NCBI GenBank assembly: GCA_016699575.1
Contig: CP064979.1
Location: 400,824 to 464,823, forward strand
Source of the DNA: Flavobacteriales bacterium
GTDB taxonomy: Bacteria > Bacteroidota > Bacteroidia > Flavobacteriales_F > PHOS-HE28
Direction: 5' to 3'
DNA: 64,000 nucleotides
The notes beneath the pieces were generated by a model, which was not told the DNA's origin, did no database searches, and saw only the letters and a program-made list of their open reading frames with translations. How positions within the stretch are numbered: position 1 is the first letter of the stretch; each line of letters begins with the position of its first letter. Position numbers and translations under genes: made by a program. Shown here piece after piece: positions 63,101 through 64,000 of the stretch.

Positions 63101-64000
63101 GCCGGTAGTTGATGCAGCAGGGCCTTGGACCTTGTGCGATCAGCCGGGCAGCACGCAACTCACGGGTGCGTTGCCGGTGGGCGGCACCTGGAGCGGTCCC
63201 TTCATCACACTTGCTGGCAGTTTCGGCGGTAGTGGCGTGGGCTCGTTCACCGTGTACTACAACTACACGGATGCGAACGGGTGCAGTGGCATCGACAGCA
63301 CGGTGATCGATGTGGTGCCCGTGCAGAACCCCGCGAACGCCGGTCCTGACGAACACGTTTGCGAGGGCGATCCTCCTTTCGGCTTGGCCAGCATGCCTCC
63401 CGGGGGCACATGGAGCGGCAGCATCTACGTGGCCGCAAATGGAACGTTCACGCCGAGCGTTGCGGGAACGTACGTCCTCACCTACTCCGTCGGCAACGGG
63501 AGTTGTTTGACAAGCGACCAGATGGTGGTGACGGTGGACCCTCCACCGACAGTGACCGCGGGCAATCCTGCGAGCTTCTGCGTTGATGATGCGGCCACGC
63601 AGTTGAACGGTACACCGGCAGGCGGCACTTGGAGCGGCACCGGGGTCGCGCCCGGCGGAAGTTTCGACCCCGCCCTTGCGGGAGTTGGTCAACACACGCT
63701 CACCTACAGCTACACCTCGCCGATCGGCTGTTTCAACAGCGCCACCGTGGTATTGACCGTTAACCCGCTGCCCGTAGTGGATGCGGGTCCTCCGATCGTC
63801 TTCTGCGACCAGCCCTTCCCGCAGCAGATCACCTCCGGCACACCGGTGGGCGGCACGTGGTCAGGACCGAACGTCACCGCAGGCGGTTCGTTCACCCCGA
63901 ACGGCGTCGGTACGTTCTCGCTCACCTACACCTACACCGACGCGAACGGTTGCACCAACAGCGACAACCTGCAGGTGGATGTTGTGCCGATCGTGAACCC
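60132..64000 (+). CDS. giant cell-surface adhesin with tandem PKD-like and SprB-type repeat domains; 3' end lies outside the window
   Basis: Signal peptide MQKMLRALLGGAALLVLGSAHGQ. More than 12 tandem modules of about 75-80 aa of the form GPD..C......G.P.GGTWSG......FTP...G.F.LTYTYTDANGC..SD...V.V.P.P. PKD-like AINSCG/ATNSCG motifs. The frame is open to the window end. It does not appear in the ORF track because it has no stop inside the window. Confidence 0.75.
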   Translation, partial: MQKMLRALLGGAALLVLGSAHGQCTANAGPPNVNICAGGPQQLNGSANGGQPPYTYQWAPAAGLSNPNIANPICTATTTTTYTLTVTDDNGVQCTDDITVTVLPTADATLTSSNALFTVFNGVPTFYKCSANPSSLYFFDFGGSATAGASHTINWGDGSPNYTATGNTWPTQSHTYNQGIYTITYTITQGNGCNDTQTYSVFLGTNPAGALVNPGSTNGCGPLTLTFPIVGWTTNTPGTIYTVTFNDGTPPIVYSHPPPASITHTFAIGSCGTTSTDGINTYTNSFSANILIENPCGTSGSTVLPITVSLAGQSGFTISPNDTACVATTVTFTSTSTGNEIQGAVCDLTPALLWSIAPAAGWTISSGSLGNNNGFIGPTYDPSSWLTGSQSLGINFNTPGTYAVTLVTGNSCGGDTLVQSVCIESPPVPAFTMNPVLGCAPLLSLTDNTSTSPNSCLTRYQWNAVFNGAPCGGAGTWNYAGGTSATSFEPQFNFTSPGNYTVTLQAINSCGTFPVNQSVTVGSPPQVVLNPLPQICEGQSVTPSATFTPCGNPITSYNWTMTGGNPATANTQNPGSITYNTAGSFTVTASATNSCGTASDSEPITVIDTPPAPTVLPAAITLCAGQTLNLNATTVPGATLSWTGPGGWSASGGTPSIANITVGQGGIYTVTSTLNGCTGPSSTVSVTVNTAPAINIAVSDPVICVGDAVTLTASGSSNYTWTANGAPAGSGTTINVSPTVNTTYVLTATPGGGCPGTASTLVQVNPLPAVNAGPDVTLCDQPIGVQLVGFSPAGGTWSGSPNVTSGGLFTPNGAGTFNLTYTYTDANGCVNSDQITVTVNPLGAPANAGPDETLCVGDPALQLPLTPGGGTWSGSPNVTAGGLFTPITAGSFVLTYTVGAGTCQTTDAMTVTVNALPVVNAGLDQTACTNGATITLNGTPVGGTWTGPGLTGSTWDPATAPLGANNLTYTYSNANGCTASDAIMITLFAAPVVDAAGPWTLCDQPGSTQLTGALPVGGTWSGPFITLAGSFGGSGVGSFTVYYNYTDANGCSGIDSTVIDVVPVQNPANAGPDEHVCEGDPPFGLASMPPGGTWSGSIYVAANGTFTPSVAGTYVLTYSVGNGSCLTSDQMVVTVDPPPTVTAGNPASFCVDDAATQLNGTPAGGTWSGTGVAPGGSFDPALAGVGQHTLTYSYTSPIGCFNSATVVLTVNPLPVVDAGPPIVFCDQPFPQQITSGTPVGGTWSGPNVTAGGSFTPNGVGTFSLTYTYTDANGCTNSDNLQVDVVPIVN

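Noticed and set aside
1-64000. rRNA and tRNA genes, integrase, transposase and IS elements
   Set aside because: Scanned by eye for tRNA T-loop-like GGTTCGAATCC motifs and for recombinase and transposase signatures in translations. None were found. Absence cannot be proven without tRNAscan or HMM searches.

Overview
This is a 64 kb high-GC (about 60-65%) segment of what looks like a Bacteroidota chromosome. The assignment rests on repeated type IX secretion system (T9SS) C-terminal sorting domains, a giant SprB-like adhesin, a wza/wzc polysaccharide locus and the Bacteroidota-type HCDH-N/ECH-C bifunctional FadB. Coding density is high and I saw no rRNA, tRNA, CRISPR arrays, integrases or transposases.

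The housekeeping genes include lpxB, surE, lpd, uvrA, queA, ridA and a LOG-family gene. There is an exopolysaccharide locus (asnB-like, GT4, wza, wzc with a Gly-Tyr repeat tail, rfbC, wecA). There is a beta-oxidation set (MarR regulator, fadB-like gene, thiolase, acyl-CoA dehydrogenase) that shares a TATGC-N2-GCATA palindrome in two promoter regions.

The most interesting region is a roughly 4.9 kb island at about 40.55-45.44 kb, largely lower in GC (clearest at 40.55-42.45 kb), inserted between the fadB-like gene and the thiolase gene, a pair that is usually adjacent. It holds three parts:
- An uncharacterised three-gene cassette: hypothetical protein, C4 zinc ribbon, and a 320 aa protein with a C-terminal PD-(D/E)xK nuclease-like motif. 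This is a candidate new defence system.
- A KilA-N domain gene.
- An AbiEi/AbiEii type IV toxin-antitoxin pair bracketed by roughly 125-150 bp direct repeats that duplicate the thiolase 5' end.

Other notable items:
- A 1296 aa single-polypeptide fusion of an MMPL-type exporter, a PlsC-like acyltransferase and a SAM methyltransferase, followed by a CrtI-family oxidoreductase.
- A tandem 14 bp repeat upstream of an operon for a cysteine-rich protein and a T9SS cargo protein.
- Two 2H-phosphoesterase paralogs flanking a cation antiporter.
- A 20 bp perfect inverted repeat enclosing an 18-codon ORF just upstream of the fadB-like gene.
- A small family of repeat elements with a compensatory-mutation hairpin.

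All calls come from reading the translations and the DNA by eye. No database searches were run.
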